NCBI GenBank assembly: GCA_021851895.1
Contig: JAJZQJ010000009.1
Span: 1-59,560, forward strand
From: a bacterium
GTDB taxonomy: Bacteria > Patescibacteriota > Minisyncoccia > Phycocordibacterales > UBA6899
Length of the DNA stretch: 59,560 nt
Reading direction: 5' to 3'
The position numbers and the translations under genes were made by a program. Of this stretch, positions 7,176 to 17,642 are shown in pieces. How positions within the stretch are numbered: position 1 is the stretch's first letter; each line of letters begins with the position of its first letter. Under the pieces are notes generated by a model. That model was not told the DNA's origin. It ran no database searches and was given only the letters and a program-made list of their open reading frames with translations.

Positions 7176-9434
7176 ATGTCCAGCGAAGACGGAAATAAGT
7201 CATTTTTGAATGTAGGCATACCCTCAGCCGGTATTTGGGGTCCGATGGGTGAAGGGCGAGTGGGTTACTATGCCCTCCGCACTATCGACAATGATTATCG
7301 AATCGGAATGCTCGCAAGCCGTCTCGGCACTGAAAAGCTCCTCGCTAAGACCTTGTTGTCTCAAGTCGAAATGGGCAATGTCCAATTACAGTATCTTGAC
7401 CGTCAGGCGAAGGAGCAAGGCATCATGAATGTGGAGCTCCGAGCACTACGCGGAGCATCTACGGCGACACATGAGGCGTTGTCCGACTTTGCAAGGCGTT
7501 ATGAGGTGCGCGCTGATGCGTATGTCGAGGAAACTGTAGGTGCGATTCGTGAAGGAGCAGATCTTATCTCTAGCGCCATCGAAGATGGGTTCGATCGCAC
7601 GATCGATGCCATCTACGAAAACGGCAGAATGGTTGCCGACGCAATTGGCGCTTCAACGGAAGTCCTCAAGTCCGCTCTGGACGACATCGGCGAGCAGTTA
7701 CGTTCATCGAACGACACACTGAAGCAGATCGCGAAGTATCTCGAGACACCCGGTGATACTCGAGTCAAGGAGCTGCTTGCTCGTTCGACGCAGCTCGTTG
7801 ATGAAGGCATGAAAACCCACGGTAGGTGGCGCTACGATAATTGGCGAGACGCCCTCGTTGTATTGAGAGAGGCTGCGAGCTGCGCGATTGGAAGTACCAA
7901 TCCCATGGTCTGGCTACAGATCGGATTCCTCACTTGGAAATGCAATGAGCGATCGAAGATGGAAGAGCAGCGCCGGATGAAGTTATCCGAAGCGAAAGAT
8001 GCCTTCGGCGCCGCAGCTCGTCTCTTCACGGAGAGACAGGCCTCAAATTTTACGAGGTCGATTCGACACAAAGCCCATATGCATTATTTGCTCGGTGATC
8101 ATCGTGGTGCTCTTGCCACGGTGAGCACATTGCTCAAGAGGAACGCCTCTTCAGAAGTTATGATCGAGGCAGCTCGTTATAATGAGCTCGTCGGTAATAG
8201 GCAGGAAGCGCTCTCTTTGATCGAACGCTGCATTGTCTCTCAGCCATCATATGCGATCTCTATTTTCGGTGAACCCGATTTTGGCGATATGACTGGTGAG
8301 CTGATCGTACTCATTGCGGGCGTTCGCGAAAGGATCAAGAGCTCCCTGTCTCAAAAAATTTCGGCGATTGCGGAGCGTTCGCTCGCTTTCGATCCTCTCG
8401 TGAGTGTCGATCGCGGTAAGAAATCTGGCACCTTCGCGCTTCATTTGCGCTTAAAAGAGGTGGCTACACCCTTCCTGCAGTCGAAAAATTATATCCACAC
8501 CCATCGTCTGTCGGCAGAGCTTGATTCGATTCTTGCGCAAATGGAAACATCGGATCCGTCCCCACTTGATCATGCCCGAATCCTCGTTCTCTATGGTGCT
8601 AATGGTAAAGCAGTTGAACTGCTTCAAAAGCTCGTCGAGACCGATAGGGATATTGTGAACACGATCGCGTCAGATGGTGCGTTCGCGTCGATCATCGATG
8701 CGATCACGCCGTGCATCCATCGATCCACGATCGATGCGAAGGCGGAGGCGGTGCGTGAGTGGAAGAGGATGGAGCTCATTGTTGATATTATCCGAGGTCG
8801 CCGTGCGCATGCGCAAATCAAATCATCGTTGAGTCCGGAATTCATCGCGCTCTTCCAGGAGGGTGAGAAGATCGACAAAATGGGATATGCGCAGGCTGTC
8901 GATTTCATGAGGCGTGCAAGGCAGATGCGTTTCGACGCGTTCCGCGAGCTGCCCTGTAGAAATCCCTCTTACACGGCAAATCGATTTTCGCTGAAGTTCC
9001 CGTTTGTTGCTCTGCATGAGTTTGGAACTGGACCGCTATCTCGCTCGCTTGCCCAGTATTACTTCGATTGCCTAATGACCATGGTCGAAGAATTTCCTGG
9101 GTCTGTAGTAGAGGATGTGGCGCAGGCGAAGGCACTCCTTGATGCACTCGAACGCTATAACCAGGATCGTGTGCTTGGTCGCAATAAGCTCGAGAAGAAC
9201 GACCGTAATGGCCTCGGCTCGAATTGGATTTTCCATGTCGCGATCAAGGATCAGAAAGGAAGATTCGTCAATTATCCTTTCTTCGTTCCGCATGGAAAAC
9301 CAAAACATTTTTTCGGTCGCAAGATCGAATTCAAGGTAGGCGATCGCATTGAGCTCGAAGCCCTGCTCGTGCAGTGGGTAGAGAAGGTGCGTGACCCTGC
9401 GTTTGCCCGAATTTTGAGGGGCATGATTTCTTGA
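7176..9434 (+). CDS. Large hypothetical protein with TPR-like helical repeats
   Basis: 752-aa ORF, SD-like AAAGGA; TPR-like segments such as EAARYNELVGNRQEALSLIERCI. Confidence 0.7.
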   Translation: MSSEDGNKSFLNVGIPSAGIWGPMGEGRVGYYALRTIDNDYRIGMLASRLGTEKLLAKTLLSQVEMGNVQLQYLDRQAKEQGIMNVELRALRGASTATHEALSDFARRYEVRADAYVEETVGAIREGADLISSAIEDGFDRTIDAIYENGRMVADAIGASTEVLKSALDDIGEQLRSSNDTLKQIAKYLETPGDTRVKELLARSTQLVDEGMKTHGRWRYDNWRDALVVLREAASCAIGSTNPMVWLQIGFLTWKCNERSKMEEQRRMKLSEAKDAFGAAARLFTERQASNFTRSIRHKAHMHYLLGDHRGALATVSTLLKRNASSEVMIEAARYNELVGNRQEALSLIERCIVSQPSYAISIFGEPDFGDMTGELIVLIAGVRERIKSSLSQKISAIAERSLAFDPLVSVDRGKKSGTFALHLRLKEVATPFLQSKNYIHTHRLSAELDSILAQMETSDPSPLDHARILVLYGANGKAVELLQKLVETDRDIVNTIASDGAFASIIDAITPCIHRSTIDAKAEAVREWKRMELIVDIIRGRRAHAQIKSSLSPEFIALFQEGEKIDKMGYAQAVDFMRRARQMRFDAFRELPCRNPSYTANRFSLKFPFVALHEFGTGPLSRSLAQYYFDCLMTMVEEFPGSVVEDVAQAKALLDALERYNQDRVLGRNKLEKNDRNGLGSNWIFHVAIKDQKGRFVNYPFFVPHGKPKHFFGRKIEFKVGDRIELEALLVQWVEKVRDPAFARILRGMIS

Positions 9435-9482
9435 TATTTTGCCGCAACCTCGTGTTGCGGCATTTTTATTTGTGATGAGGTA

Positions 9483-9703
9483 AAACAAAAAACACCCGAG
9501 GGCGTTTTCTGTTGTATGTTTGAAAGCTAGCAGTTAATTACTTAACCGCGTCCTTGAGTGCCTTCGCTGCGCGGAACTGAGCTTCTTCGCGCTTAAGCAT
9601 GTCGCACAAACAAAAAACACCCGAGGGCGTTTTCTGTTGTATGTTTGAAAGCTAGCAGTTAATTACTTAACCGCGTCCTTGAGTGCCTTCGCTGCGCGGA
9701 ACT
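9483..9703. repeat. 96-bp direct tandem duplication of hup 3' end plus terminator
   Basis: 9483-9578 is identical to 9608-9703; 29-bp spacer. Confidence 0.95.
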
Positions 9704-9935
9704 TCGGAACCTTCATCGCTGCGACCTTGATGGTCTCACCGGTACGTGGATTACGTGCGGTGCGTGCTGCGCGAGTGTTCACTGAAAAGATGCCGAGGCC
9801 TGCGATCGAAACTTCACCCTCCTTCTTGAGGCCATTGGTGATCGTCTCGATGACGGTCTCAACAGCCTGCTCAGCAGAAACCTTGGTGCCACCAAGTTTC
9901 TCGTGGACTGCTTCGACGATTGACTGCTTGTTCAT
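9663..9935 (-). CDS. hup: DNA-binding protein HU
   Basis: MNKQSIVE...GLGIFSV..RAARTARNPRTGETIKV..PKFRAAKALKDAV. Confidence 0.95.
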   Translation of the reverse strand: MNKQSIVEAVHEKLGGTKVSAEQAVETVIETITNGLKKEGEVSIAGLGIFSVNTRAARTARNPRTGETIKVAAMKVPKFRAAKALKDAVK

Positions 9936-10198
9936 ATTTTTGGGAGCAGTATTGCTACTAATTGGTGCAATGGCGCACCGTGCACAACAGCATTCTATTT
10001 GAGTATTGCTGTGCACGGTACACCACCACTCCAGCGGAGGCGACCCTCCTAACTTCATTGTACCAACTAGAATTATCCGCGCAACAGAGCCATAAAATTC
10101 GAAAACAAAAAATGTGGAAAACAATGGCTTAACCACAAGGGACACATAAAAATACGGCCTTGTTGGGCCGTATTTTTATGTCCAATAGGAAACCTTGA

Positions 10199-11731
10199 CT
10201 AGTGTGCAAATTCAACGCATCGTGTTTCGCGTATAATACACACCTTGATTTCTCCTGGGTATTTAAGTTCTTGTTCGATATCGTGGGCAATTTCACGTGC
10301 GAGCTGCAGTGCATGGTAGTCGTCGACGCTCTCGGGGCGAACAAACACGCGAATCTCGCGACCCGCAGAGAGAGCATATGCTTTTTCCACGCCCTCTTTG
10401 TTTCCTGCAATGCGCTCAAGATCTTCGAGTTTCTTGATATACTGCTCAACAGATTCGCGGCGCGCTCCAGGTCTACCTCCAGAGATCGTGTCGGCCGTTT
10501 GGACGATGATCGCCTCAAGCGTTTCATAAGGGTATTCCTCATGGTGCGCTTGCATGGCAAGGATGATGCGCTCGTCGACGTTGAATTTTTTAAGTATACG
10601 TCGACCGATCTCCACGTGCGTACCTTGTACCTCGTGGTCGACTGCCTTTCCGATGTCATGAAGCAGCGCACCAGCTTTTGCGATGGAGACGTCTGCTCCA
10701 AGCTCTGCTGCGAGATATCCGGCGATGTGCGCCATTTCGACAGAGTGCTGAAGCACGTTCTGTCCATAGCTTGTGCGGAAATAAAGTCTTCCGATGATCG
10801 ATATGAGTCGTGGGTCGATATTGAGGAGACCACACTCTGCAGCAGCTTGCTCACCCTTCACCTTGATGATGTGATTGATGTCCGCCTTTGCTTTTTCAAC
10901 AAGCTCCTCGATCTTTGCAGGTTGGATGCGCCCATCAAGTATGAGGTTCTCAAGTGCGATGCGAGCGATTTGTCTTCGCACTGGGTCAAATGCAGAGATC
11001 GTAATGATGCCCGGAGCTTCATCGACGAGCAGTTCTACGCCCGCAATACGTTCAAACGTACGGATGTTGCGCCCTTCCTTACCGATGATCTTTCCTTTGA
11101 GGTCTTCGCTTGGAATGGTGACATGTGTGGTCATTACCTCACCAGCGTTTGAAGAGGCAATGCGCTGGATCGCGGTCGCGAGAATATCCTTCGCACGTCG
11201 CTCGAGTCGTTCGAACGAATCCCTTTCGAGCTTGATGGTTCGGGCCTGAAGGTCGTCATTTGCTTGTTTTTCCACCTTTCCGATAAGTTGCTCTCGGGCG
11301 TCCTCGGTCGATAGGCCGCTTACACGCTCAAGTTCTTTTGTTATCTCTTCTTTTTGCGAAATGAGATTTTCCTTTATTGTGCGTACCTCAGCGACCTGAT
11401 TCTCTAATTTCTTGCGGTCCTCTTCGAGCTTTTGTTCGCGGTTGGCGAATGCAGTTTCTTTTTGATAAAGGTGTTCCTCGCTTTTTTGCAGCTTTTGCGT
11501 GTGCTCACGCTCGGTCTCGCGAAGGCTTGCAATATGCTTTTCCGCTTGCGCTGTTGCGTCCGCAATGATCTTTCGTGAATCTTTTTGTGCATCGAGACGT
11601 ATCTTTTCCGCATCGAGGCTTGCGGTGCTGTTCCTGCGAATGGTGAGCACAAAGTGGAGAAGGTATCCCGCGATGAGGCCCAAAAATCCACTTGCTGCGG
11701 TGGTTGCGATGATGTTTCTGAGTTGGTCCAT
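10199..11731 (-). CDS. rny: Ribonuclease Y
   Basis: N-terminal TM, coiled coil, KH (KGKIIGKEGRNIR), HD (LLHDIGKA). Confidence 0.97.
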   Translation of the reverse strand: MDQLRNIIATTAASGFLGLIAGYLLHFVLTIRRNSTASLDAEKIRLDAQKDSRKIIADATAQAEKHIASLRETEREHTQKLQKSEEHLYQKETAFANREQKLEEDRKKLENQVAEVRTIKENLISQKEEITKELERVSGLSTEDAREQLIGKVEKQANDDLQARTIKLERDSFERLERRAKDILATAIQRIASSNAGEVMTTHVTIPSEDLKGKIIGKEGRNIRTFERIAGVELLVDEAPGIITISAFDPVRRQIARIALENLILDGRIQPAKIEELVEKAKADINHIIKVKGEQAAAECGLLNIDPRLISIIGRLYFRTSYGQNVLQHSVEMAHIAGYLAAELGADVSIAKAGALLHDIGKAVDHEVQGTHVEIGRRILKKFNVDERIILAMQAHHEEYPYETLEAIIVQTADTISGGRPGARRESVEQYIKKLEDLERIAGNKEGVEKAYALSAGREIRVFVRPESVDDYHALQLAREIAHDIEQELKYPGEIKVCIIRETRCVEFAH

Positions 11732-12007
11732 GGTCTAAGGCGACCTGTGGTTGAGGCTGAGCTCGATAATAATGGTTTCAGCCCTTACGCTGTCGACAAA
11801 ATAGCGCTGCAAAAGTGTTTTGCAAAGAAAAGTTCATGAATACGTTTTTTGAGTTTGCATTCGTCTTCTGCCACATAGGTCGGTCACTGCTGTACAGTGG
11901 TATAGTAATTCTAGCACGAGCCCAAAAAATGGCAAAAAGGGAGTACTTTAGACTACTTTTTGCATATTGGTGTCTATTAAGCACAAAAAAGACCGCCAGG
12001 GTGGTCC

Positions 12008-12598
12008 CTAGCGGCTTTTTGGTTTGATGACCTCGTCGACAAGACCATACTTCTTTGCCTCATCAGCAAGCATCCAATAGTCTCTGTCTGAGTCTTTCTC
12101 TACTTGTTCAACGGTCTTGCCTGTGTTTTTTGCGAGAATCTTGTTGAGATTCTCCTTGGTGCGCAAGATGTGTCGTGCAGTAATTGCGATGTCCGAAGCC
12201 TGACCTTCCGCGCCACCCATCACTTGATGGATCATGACTTCGGCATTCGGTAGGCAGTAGCGCTTACCCTTTGCTCCTGCAGAGAGGATAACGGACGCCA
12301 TGCTTGCGGCGATACCGATACAGATCGTCGCGACATCGGGCTTGATATGCTGCATCGTATCAAAGATGGCCATGCCTGCCGTAACTGATCCGCCTGGGGA
12401 ATTGATGTAAAGTTTGATCTCTTTCTTCGGATCTTCCGCTTCAAGGAAAAGGAGTTGTGCGACGATGAGGTTCGCCATCATATCGTCGATTGGACCCTGG
12501 AGAAAGATGATGCGCTCCTTAAGGAGTCTTGAATAGATATCAAAGGCTCTTTCGCCCATGTTTGTCTTTTCTATGACTGTTGGTACTAGGTATGACAT
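12008..12598 (-). CDS. clpP: ATP-dependent Clp protease proteolytic subunit
   Basis: [36 protein letters not shown]. Confidence 0.97.
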   Translation of the reverse strand: MSYLVPTVIEKTNMGERAFDIYSRLLKERIIFLQGPIDDMMANLIVAQLLFLEAEDPKKEIKLYINSPGGSVTAGMAIFDTMQHIKPDVATICIGIAASMASVILSAGAKGKRYCLPNAEVMIHQVMGGAEGQASDIAITARHILRTKENLNKILAKNTGKTVEQVEKDSDRDYWMLADEAKKYGLVDEVIKPKSR

Positions 12599-12724
12599 AT
12601 ATACGCAATTATTACTTTTCGAACGGTAATGTCAAGCGCTCAGATCGTTCGCCATAATATTTGTTTTGACTCGATGTTTCATACATGGTAGTACTTAGAC
12701 GAGGTTCTTTACAGGAGGCCATCA

Positions 12725-13315
12725 ATGGCTAAGCCCACGAAGAAGGATGGAATTATTGCGCATTTTGGCGCACCGCGAAGGCTTGAAGACCGGGGGGACA
12801 GTCAGTTTTCCGAGAAGCGTTTCATGGAGATCAGGCACCTTCGTAAGACGGTGCAGGTTCCCTTGGATTATGACCAGGAAGCGCAGCTCGGTCGACATAT
12901 GCCCACGACGCGCTTGGGGTCAAAAAATTACATCGACCCGCTCGCTGTGCGCGCGGCACAAACGTGTCCTACGGATGTGATCATTCCTGGGGCGCGCTAT
13001 GACGTCCGGTTCTTCGCGCTCGGGGGTAAGACGACTTCGATCGAATGCGTTAAATTCCTTCGCAGTGAAGGTTCACTACAAGTCGGAATCCAAGGACTTT
13101 CGCTTTTCTATGGACTGATGCAGGGTGGTTTCCCGCCCGACCGTTGGGTGGTTGCGATTGACGATCGAGGACATCTGTTCGCAGACGACGAGGGAAGCTT
13201 CAGGGTTCCCATGCTTCTGCAGCCGCTTGTGGGAAGTTCCTCTCTCTCACTTGGCCATTTCAATTGCCCCTGGCACAACAAGCACGTGCTTCTTCTTTCG
13301 AAGCGTATCGGCTAA
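12725..13315 (+). CDS. Hypothetical protein
   Basis: 196-aa ORF with AGGAGG SD, upstream TTGACT..TAGTACT promoter-like sequence and downstream terminator. Confidence 0.7.
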   Translation: MAKPTKKDGIIAHFGAPRRLEDRGDSQFSEKRFMEIRHLRKTVQVPLDYDQEAQLGRHMPTTRLGSKNYIDPLAVRAAQTCPTDVIIPGARYDVRFFALGGKTTSIECVKFLRSEGSLQVGIQGLSLFYGLMQGGFPPDRWVVAIDDRGHLFADDEGSFRVPMLLQPLVGSSSLSLGHFNCPWHNKHVLLLSKRIG

Positions 13316-13373
13316 GCAACAACCACCTCCGGGTGGTTTTTATAAAAAACACCCGCAATGCGGGTATTTTTTT

Positions 13374-14414
13374 TTATTTTTGCTCTTCGAGGAAAGAGAA
13401 CACCTTTTCGTTTTCGAGTATCATACGGACGAAACCCTCGATACGCTGCTTGTCGGTATTTGGATAGCGTGCGGCAAGTGCAGTAACTTCGCGATCCATG
13501 TCTTCCTTGCTTGGCTCGAGCTTTTCTTCTTCTGCGATCTTTGCGGCGATGATCTGTGTCTTTGCACGTGCAATCGCATCATTGCGCCACTCTTTGTGCA
13601 TATCCTCCCGTGTCTTTCCAACCTGAGTCAGATATTTTGGGAGATCCATGCCCATACGCGCGATATCGGCACCGAATTCCTCCTCCATACGCATAAGCTC
13701 TTGCTCGATGAGTATTTCTGGGAGTTCCATCGTTGTCTCTTTGACGAGCTCTTGCATGATTTCGACGCGCACCTTGTCGCGTGCTTGACGTGTCTTCTCT
13801 GCAAGAATGTTTTCCTTGAGCTTCTCCTTGAATTCTGCGACATTCTCAAATGCGCCAAGTGCTTGTACCCATGTGTCATCAATCTCTGGAAGTGGAAGTG
13901 ATTCATCATACTCCTTTCCTTCCTTCTGTGCGTCACTCTTCGCGCGGAGGCGCTTAAGCTCCTCGATCGTCTTCTCAACCTCGTCTTCGCTAGCGGTCAC
14001 CGCTTCCTTCTTTGCAACGATCTTCTTTGCGATCTCCTTATATTCAGGAAGTACGAACTTCGGGAAGATAGCGGTGGTGATCGTGAACGAGAGTGGTGAT
14101 CCGATCGCGAGTTTCGTTACCTTCACGTCGGGGCGCCCAATGACATCGAGTTTATTGCTGATCACTATCGTTGGGTACGCGCGACCGATTGCAACCTCAG
14201 CCATCTCTTCGAGGATCGCTGACTCACCAATGCGTGCGAGAAGGATGGACTCGGGAACCATGCCCTTTCGAAAACCTGGAAGGTCGGCGTGCTCTTGGAG
14301 ATGTTTTATCGCCTGTGGGCGAGCCGCAGCGAATTCGTCTGCTGAGATCTCTGCGGTGATTTCGATGCGAGATCCCTCGAGATCCTTCATCGTAATATTG
14401 TAGTTCTTTTCCAT
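13374..14414 (-). CDS. tig: Trigger factor (short form, apparently lacking the FKBP domain)
   Basis: LPGFRKGMVP ribosome-binding signature; 346 aa. Confidence 0.9.
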   Translation of the reverse strand: MEKNYNITMKDLEGSRIEITAEISADEFAAARPQAIKHLQEHADLPGFRKGMVPESILLARIGESAILEEMAEVAIGRAYPTIVISNKLDVIGRPDVKVTKLAIGSPLSFTITTAIFPKFVLPEYKEIAKKIVAKKEAVTASEDEVEKTIEELKRLRAKSDAQKEGKEYDESLPLPEIDDTWVQALGAFENVAEFKEKLKENILAEKTRQARDKVRVEIMQELVKETTMELPEILIEQELMRMEEEFGADIARMGMDLPKYLTQVGKTREDMHKEWRNDAIARAKTQIIAAKIAEEEKLEPSKEDMDREVTALAARYPNTDKQRIEGFVRMILENEKVFSFLEEQK

Positions 14415-14531
14415 AAGTACGCCGATGCTAACATAAAAACGGTGTTTAGGAAATGGGTAGAGAAGCTATGTACAAACAAAAAGACCGACGCGTGTTGTCG
14501 GCCTTTTGCTGTATGTTTTCTTCTGAAACGA

Positions 14532-14867
14532 TTAGATGTCCTTGAGATCATCTATAGTGCGAAGATTCGCTTCCATCTCTGAAAGACTTAATTCTATCGT
14601 TGGAAGCTCTGCGCTATTTGCAAGGGGAACCGCGACTGTTGCTTTGGTGGCGTCCGTTGCTTTTGTCTCTCCGTTTTGCGTTGTATTTTGCTGTGGAAGT
14701 GGTGGGACAGCTGTGCTGATGCTTGTGTCGCTGATGTACCAGATGACACCTGCAGTTACGATGACGAGAGCGAGGATGCCAAAAAGCATCGGCTTATTCT
14801 TGAGCATATCTTGCCCTTTTGGCTCATGAGCAGGAAATGGATTTTCTCCGTGTGGTGTTTGTTCCAT
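14532..14867 (-). CDS. Hypothetical membrane-anchored protein
   Basis: One TM segment, Thr-rich linker. Confidence 0.6.
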   Translation of the reverse strand: MEQTPHGENPFPAHEPKGQDMLKNKPMLFGILALVIVTAGVIWYISDTSISTAVPPLPQQNTTQNGETKATDATKATVAVPLANSAELPTIELSLSEMEANLRTIDDLKDI

Positions 14868-14892
14868 GATAGGGAATTTAGTTCGTGAATAA

Positions 14893-15408
14893 TTATGGTT
14901 TCGCTGTCGGGGTCGTCTCCATAGGACGATTGACGGTTACCGCCTTAAGCTTTTGGATGCTTTCAATGAGCAGGTCTCTTGTCGCTCTTATCGCTGTGAT
15001 CGTCTTTGCGACACCATCACGGATGGCTGCGGTCTTTGTTTTGTCTTTAAGGTCGACGGTGTTCAGCATGTTCTCGAGGCTTGCGATGTCGCTCTTTACT
15101 TCTGCGAGTTTCGTTCGTGCGCTTCCGAGCGTTGCCTCTGCGCCAGAAACATCGCCTCCCTCCTGCTTGAATTTCGCAGATTGATCGGCAATTTTTGTAA
15201 GTGCGGTATCAAGAAGCATTTCATGATTCTTGAGCGCGAATATCACGTTTCCGATACGCTCTTTGAGTGGGTTTCCGACCGTAGTGCCTTGCGTTGTTTG
15301 CACCGTAGGTCGAGTTGGTTTTGCGGCAGCAGGACCAGTTTGTGCGAATCCTAGTGCCGGTACACTTAATGCAATGAGTGCCATTGCTGTGGTGATGTGC
15401 TTGTTCAT
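14893..15408 (-). CDS. Hypothetical secreted coiled-coil protein
   Basis: Signal peptide (MNKHITTAMALIALSVPALGFA), heptad-rich body. Confidence 0.7.
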   Translation of the reverse strand: MNKHITTAMALIALSVPALGFAQTGPAAAKPTRPTVQTTQGTTVGNPLKERIGNVIFALKNHEMLLDTALTKIADQSAKFKQEGGDVSGAEATLGSARTKLAEVKSDIASLENMLNTVDLKDKTKTAAIRDGVAKTITAIRATRDLLIESIQKLKAVTVNRPMETTPTAKP

Positions 15409-15634
15409 AATCAATATGTTCACGGTTATGTCAATATTATAGCACTATATAGAGGAGGAGGCTTGTGTTATTTGTGTATAAGTGAGGCCAAGGTGGGGTG
15501 ACTTGCTTTTTGGGACCTACTTGCTATAGTGATACGGTAAGCGAGCTACTGTAAGGTATCTCGCCGCTTCTTTTCTTAGGCGCTTGAGCGTCCTACTGAA
15601 GCGATTAACATACAATTGAATAACAATTAAATAT

Positions 15635-16996
15635 ATGTTGGATATAAAGACAATGAAGCTTGCCATCGAGCAGCTCGAAGAAGAGAAGGGTCTTCCAAAA
15701 GGGAAGCTCATCGAAGCGATCGAGGCATCACTTGCGGCCGCATACAAAAAAGACTTCGGCAAGAAGGGTCAGATCGTTCGCGCCGTACTCGACGAAGACT
15801 CTGGTGCAGTGGAATACTCACAGGTAAAGATCGTCGTCGATGATACTATGGTGCGGCAAGTTGAAGATGGTGAGGAGTTGGGCGACGAGATTTCGCTCCC
15901 TGTCATTCCAACCCAACAAGCATCGATCGTCGTTCCTCAGGGCGAAGAAGATATGAATGGCGAGCCGATCGATCTTCGCGTGCGTTTCAACCCAGAGCAT
16001 CACATCATGATCGAGGATGCACGTCTCTTTAAGCGAGGTGCAGCCCTTGGCGAGGAGATCATCTTCCCACTCGAAATGAAAGATGATTTCGGACGCATTG
16101 CAGCACAGACTGCAAAGCAGGTCATCATCCAGAAGATTCGTGAAGCAGAGCGCGGTGCGATCCTCGAGGAATTCGCTCAGCGCGGAGACGAGGTGATCAC
16201 CGGAACCATTCAGCGTATTGAACGTGGAAATATATTTGTGGATCTTGGCCGTGCAACAGCGATCCTTGCTCATGACGACCAGATTCCCGGTGAGCGTATT
16301 CGCATTGGTGATCGCATTCGTGCATACCTGTATTCAGTAGAGGAGACACCAAGGGGAGTTTCGTTGCGTCTCTCTCGCGCACATCCATCCTTTGTTAAGG
16401 CACTTTTCGCGCTCGAAGCTCCGGAGATCGCAAATGGAGTTGTAGAGATCAAGAGCATCGCTCGCGAACCAGGTTCTCGCACAAAGATAGCGGTCACTAC
16501 CTCTGATGAGCACATCGATCCTATCGGTACGTGTGTCGGCCAGCGTGGTACTCGAGTTTCAACGATCATCAACGAGCTTGGTGGCGAGAAGATCGATATC
16601 ATTCAGTGGTCACCGAATGCGGAAGACTTCATTGCTGAAGCGCTTTCTCCTGCGCGAGTTGGAGAAGTTGTCATTGATGAAGATGCAAAGCATGCTCGCG
16701 TGCAGGTTGCCGGAGATCAACTCTCTCTCGCGATCGGTAAGAGCGGACAGAACGTACGTCTTGCAGCGCGCCTTACGGGGTACCGCATCGACATCAATTC
16801 ACATGAGTCTGAGGCGGTACTTGCAGAAGAAGACGCTCCTATGCACGCAGAGACTGCGACGACCCCAGAGGAAGAAGTTGCTGAATTCATCGCTTCCGAT
16901 GATAATGCTGAGGCTGTCGATAGTGAAGTTAGTGCAGTAGAAGAGCGCATCGACGACCGATCTGTGGTTGAAGAGAATACGAACGACGAGGCATAG
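15635..16996 (+). CDS. nusA: Transcription termination/antitermination factor NusA
   Basis: FGRIAAQTAKQVIIQKIREAER, S1 and KH domains (AREPGSRTKIAV, AIGKSGQNVRLA). Confidence 0.97.
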   Translation: MLDIKTMKLAIEQLEEEKGLPKGKLIEAIEASLAAAYKKDFGKKGQIVRAVLDEDSGAVEYSQVKIVVDDTMVRQVEDGEELGDEISLPVIPTQQASIVVPQGEEDMNGEPIDLRVRFNPEHHIMIEDARLFKRGAALGEEIIFPLEMKDDFGRIAAQTAKQVIIQKIREAERGAILEEFAQRGDEVITGTIQRIERGNIFVDLGRATAILAHDDQIPGERIRIGDRIRAYLYSVEETPRGVSLRLSRAHPSFVKALFALEAPEIANGVVEIKSIAREPGSRTKIAVTTSDEHIDPIGTCVGQRGTRVSTIINELGGEKIDIIQWSPNAEDFIAEALSPARVGEVVIDEDAKHARVQVAGDQLSLAIGKSGQNVRLAARLTGYRIDINSHESEAVLAEEDAPMHAETATTPEEEVAEFIASDDNAEAVDSEVSAVEERIDDRSVVEENTNDEA

Positions 16997-17043
16997 AATG
17001 CTCGTTGGTCGATGAATTATTACGATAAACAATTGAGAACATT

Positions 17044-17577
17044 ATGCCGTTAAATCTTTGGCACGATATACCCCGTGGAACAGCGGAAAATCTGAACGTC
17101 ATCATCGAGATCCCGATGGGCTCTCGTGTGAAGTATGAACTCGACAAGAGTACTGGCCTCATCAAGTATGACCGCGTACTCTACTCGCCAATGCATTATC
17201 CCGCAAACTATGGTTTTGCTCCGCAGACATTGTGGGATGATGGTGATCCTCTTGATGTGCTCGTATTGGGCGCAGATGAGCTCATCCCTGGATGTCTCAT
17301 TGAGGTGCGTCCAATTGGTGTCCTCGATATGATCGATGGCGGAGATGGTGATGCAAAAGTCCTTGCTGTCCCAAGTCATGACCCTCGCTGGAATAATACG
17401 AAGAACATCGATGACGTCGAGTCACACATCCTCGAGGAGATCAAGCATTTCTTCAAGGTCTACAAGGATCTTCAGAATAAGCAGGTCTTCGTCGGTGAGT
17501 GGCGCGATCGACAAGAAGCAACGAAGGATATCGAGAAGTCATTCGAGCTCTACGAAGGGAAATATAAGAAGCAGTAG
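17044..17577 (+). CDS. ppa: Inorganic pyrophosphatase (family I)
   Basis: KYELDK, YPANYGF, DGDPLDV. Confidence 0.97.
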   Translation: MPLNLWHDIPRGTAENLNVIIEIPMGSRVKYELDKSTGLIKYDRVLYSPMHYPANYGFAPQTLWDDGDPLDVLVLGADELIPGCLIEVRPIGVLDMIDGGDGDAKVLAVPSHDPRWNNTKNIDDVESHILEEIKHFFKVYKDLQNKQVFVGEWRDRQEATKDIEKSFELYEGKYKKQ

Positions 17578-17642
17578 ATAAACGACCTCATCATGAGGTC
17601 GTTTTCATTTGCGAAATCATGCTGTGCTATAATATGTACGAT

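Noticed and set aside
5441-9600. Prophage or integrative element at tRNA-Gly
   Set aside because: No integrase, phage structural gene or direct att repeat; the tRNA repeat is inverted.
10202-11152. Long antisense ORFs (also 13125-13901, 40881-41885, 47045-47632, 49573-50571)
   Set aside because: They are shadow frames opposite well-supported genes, explained by codon bias.
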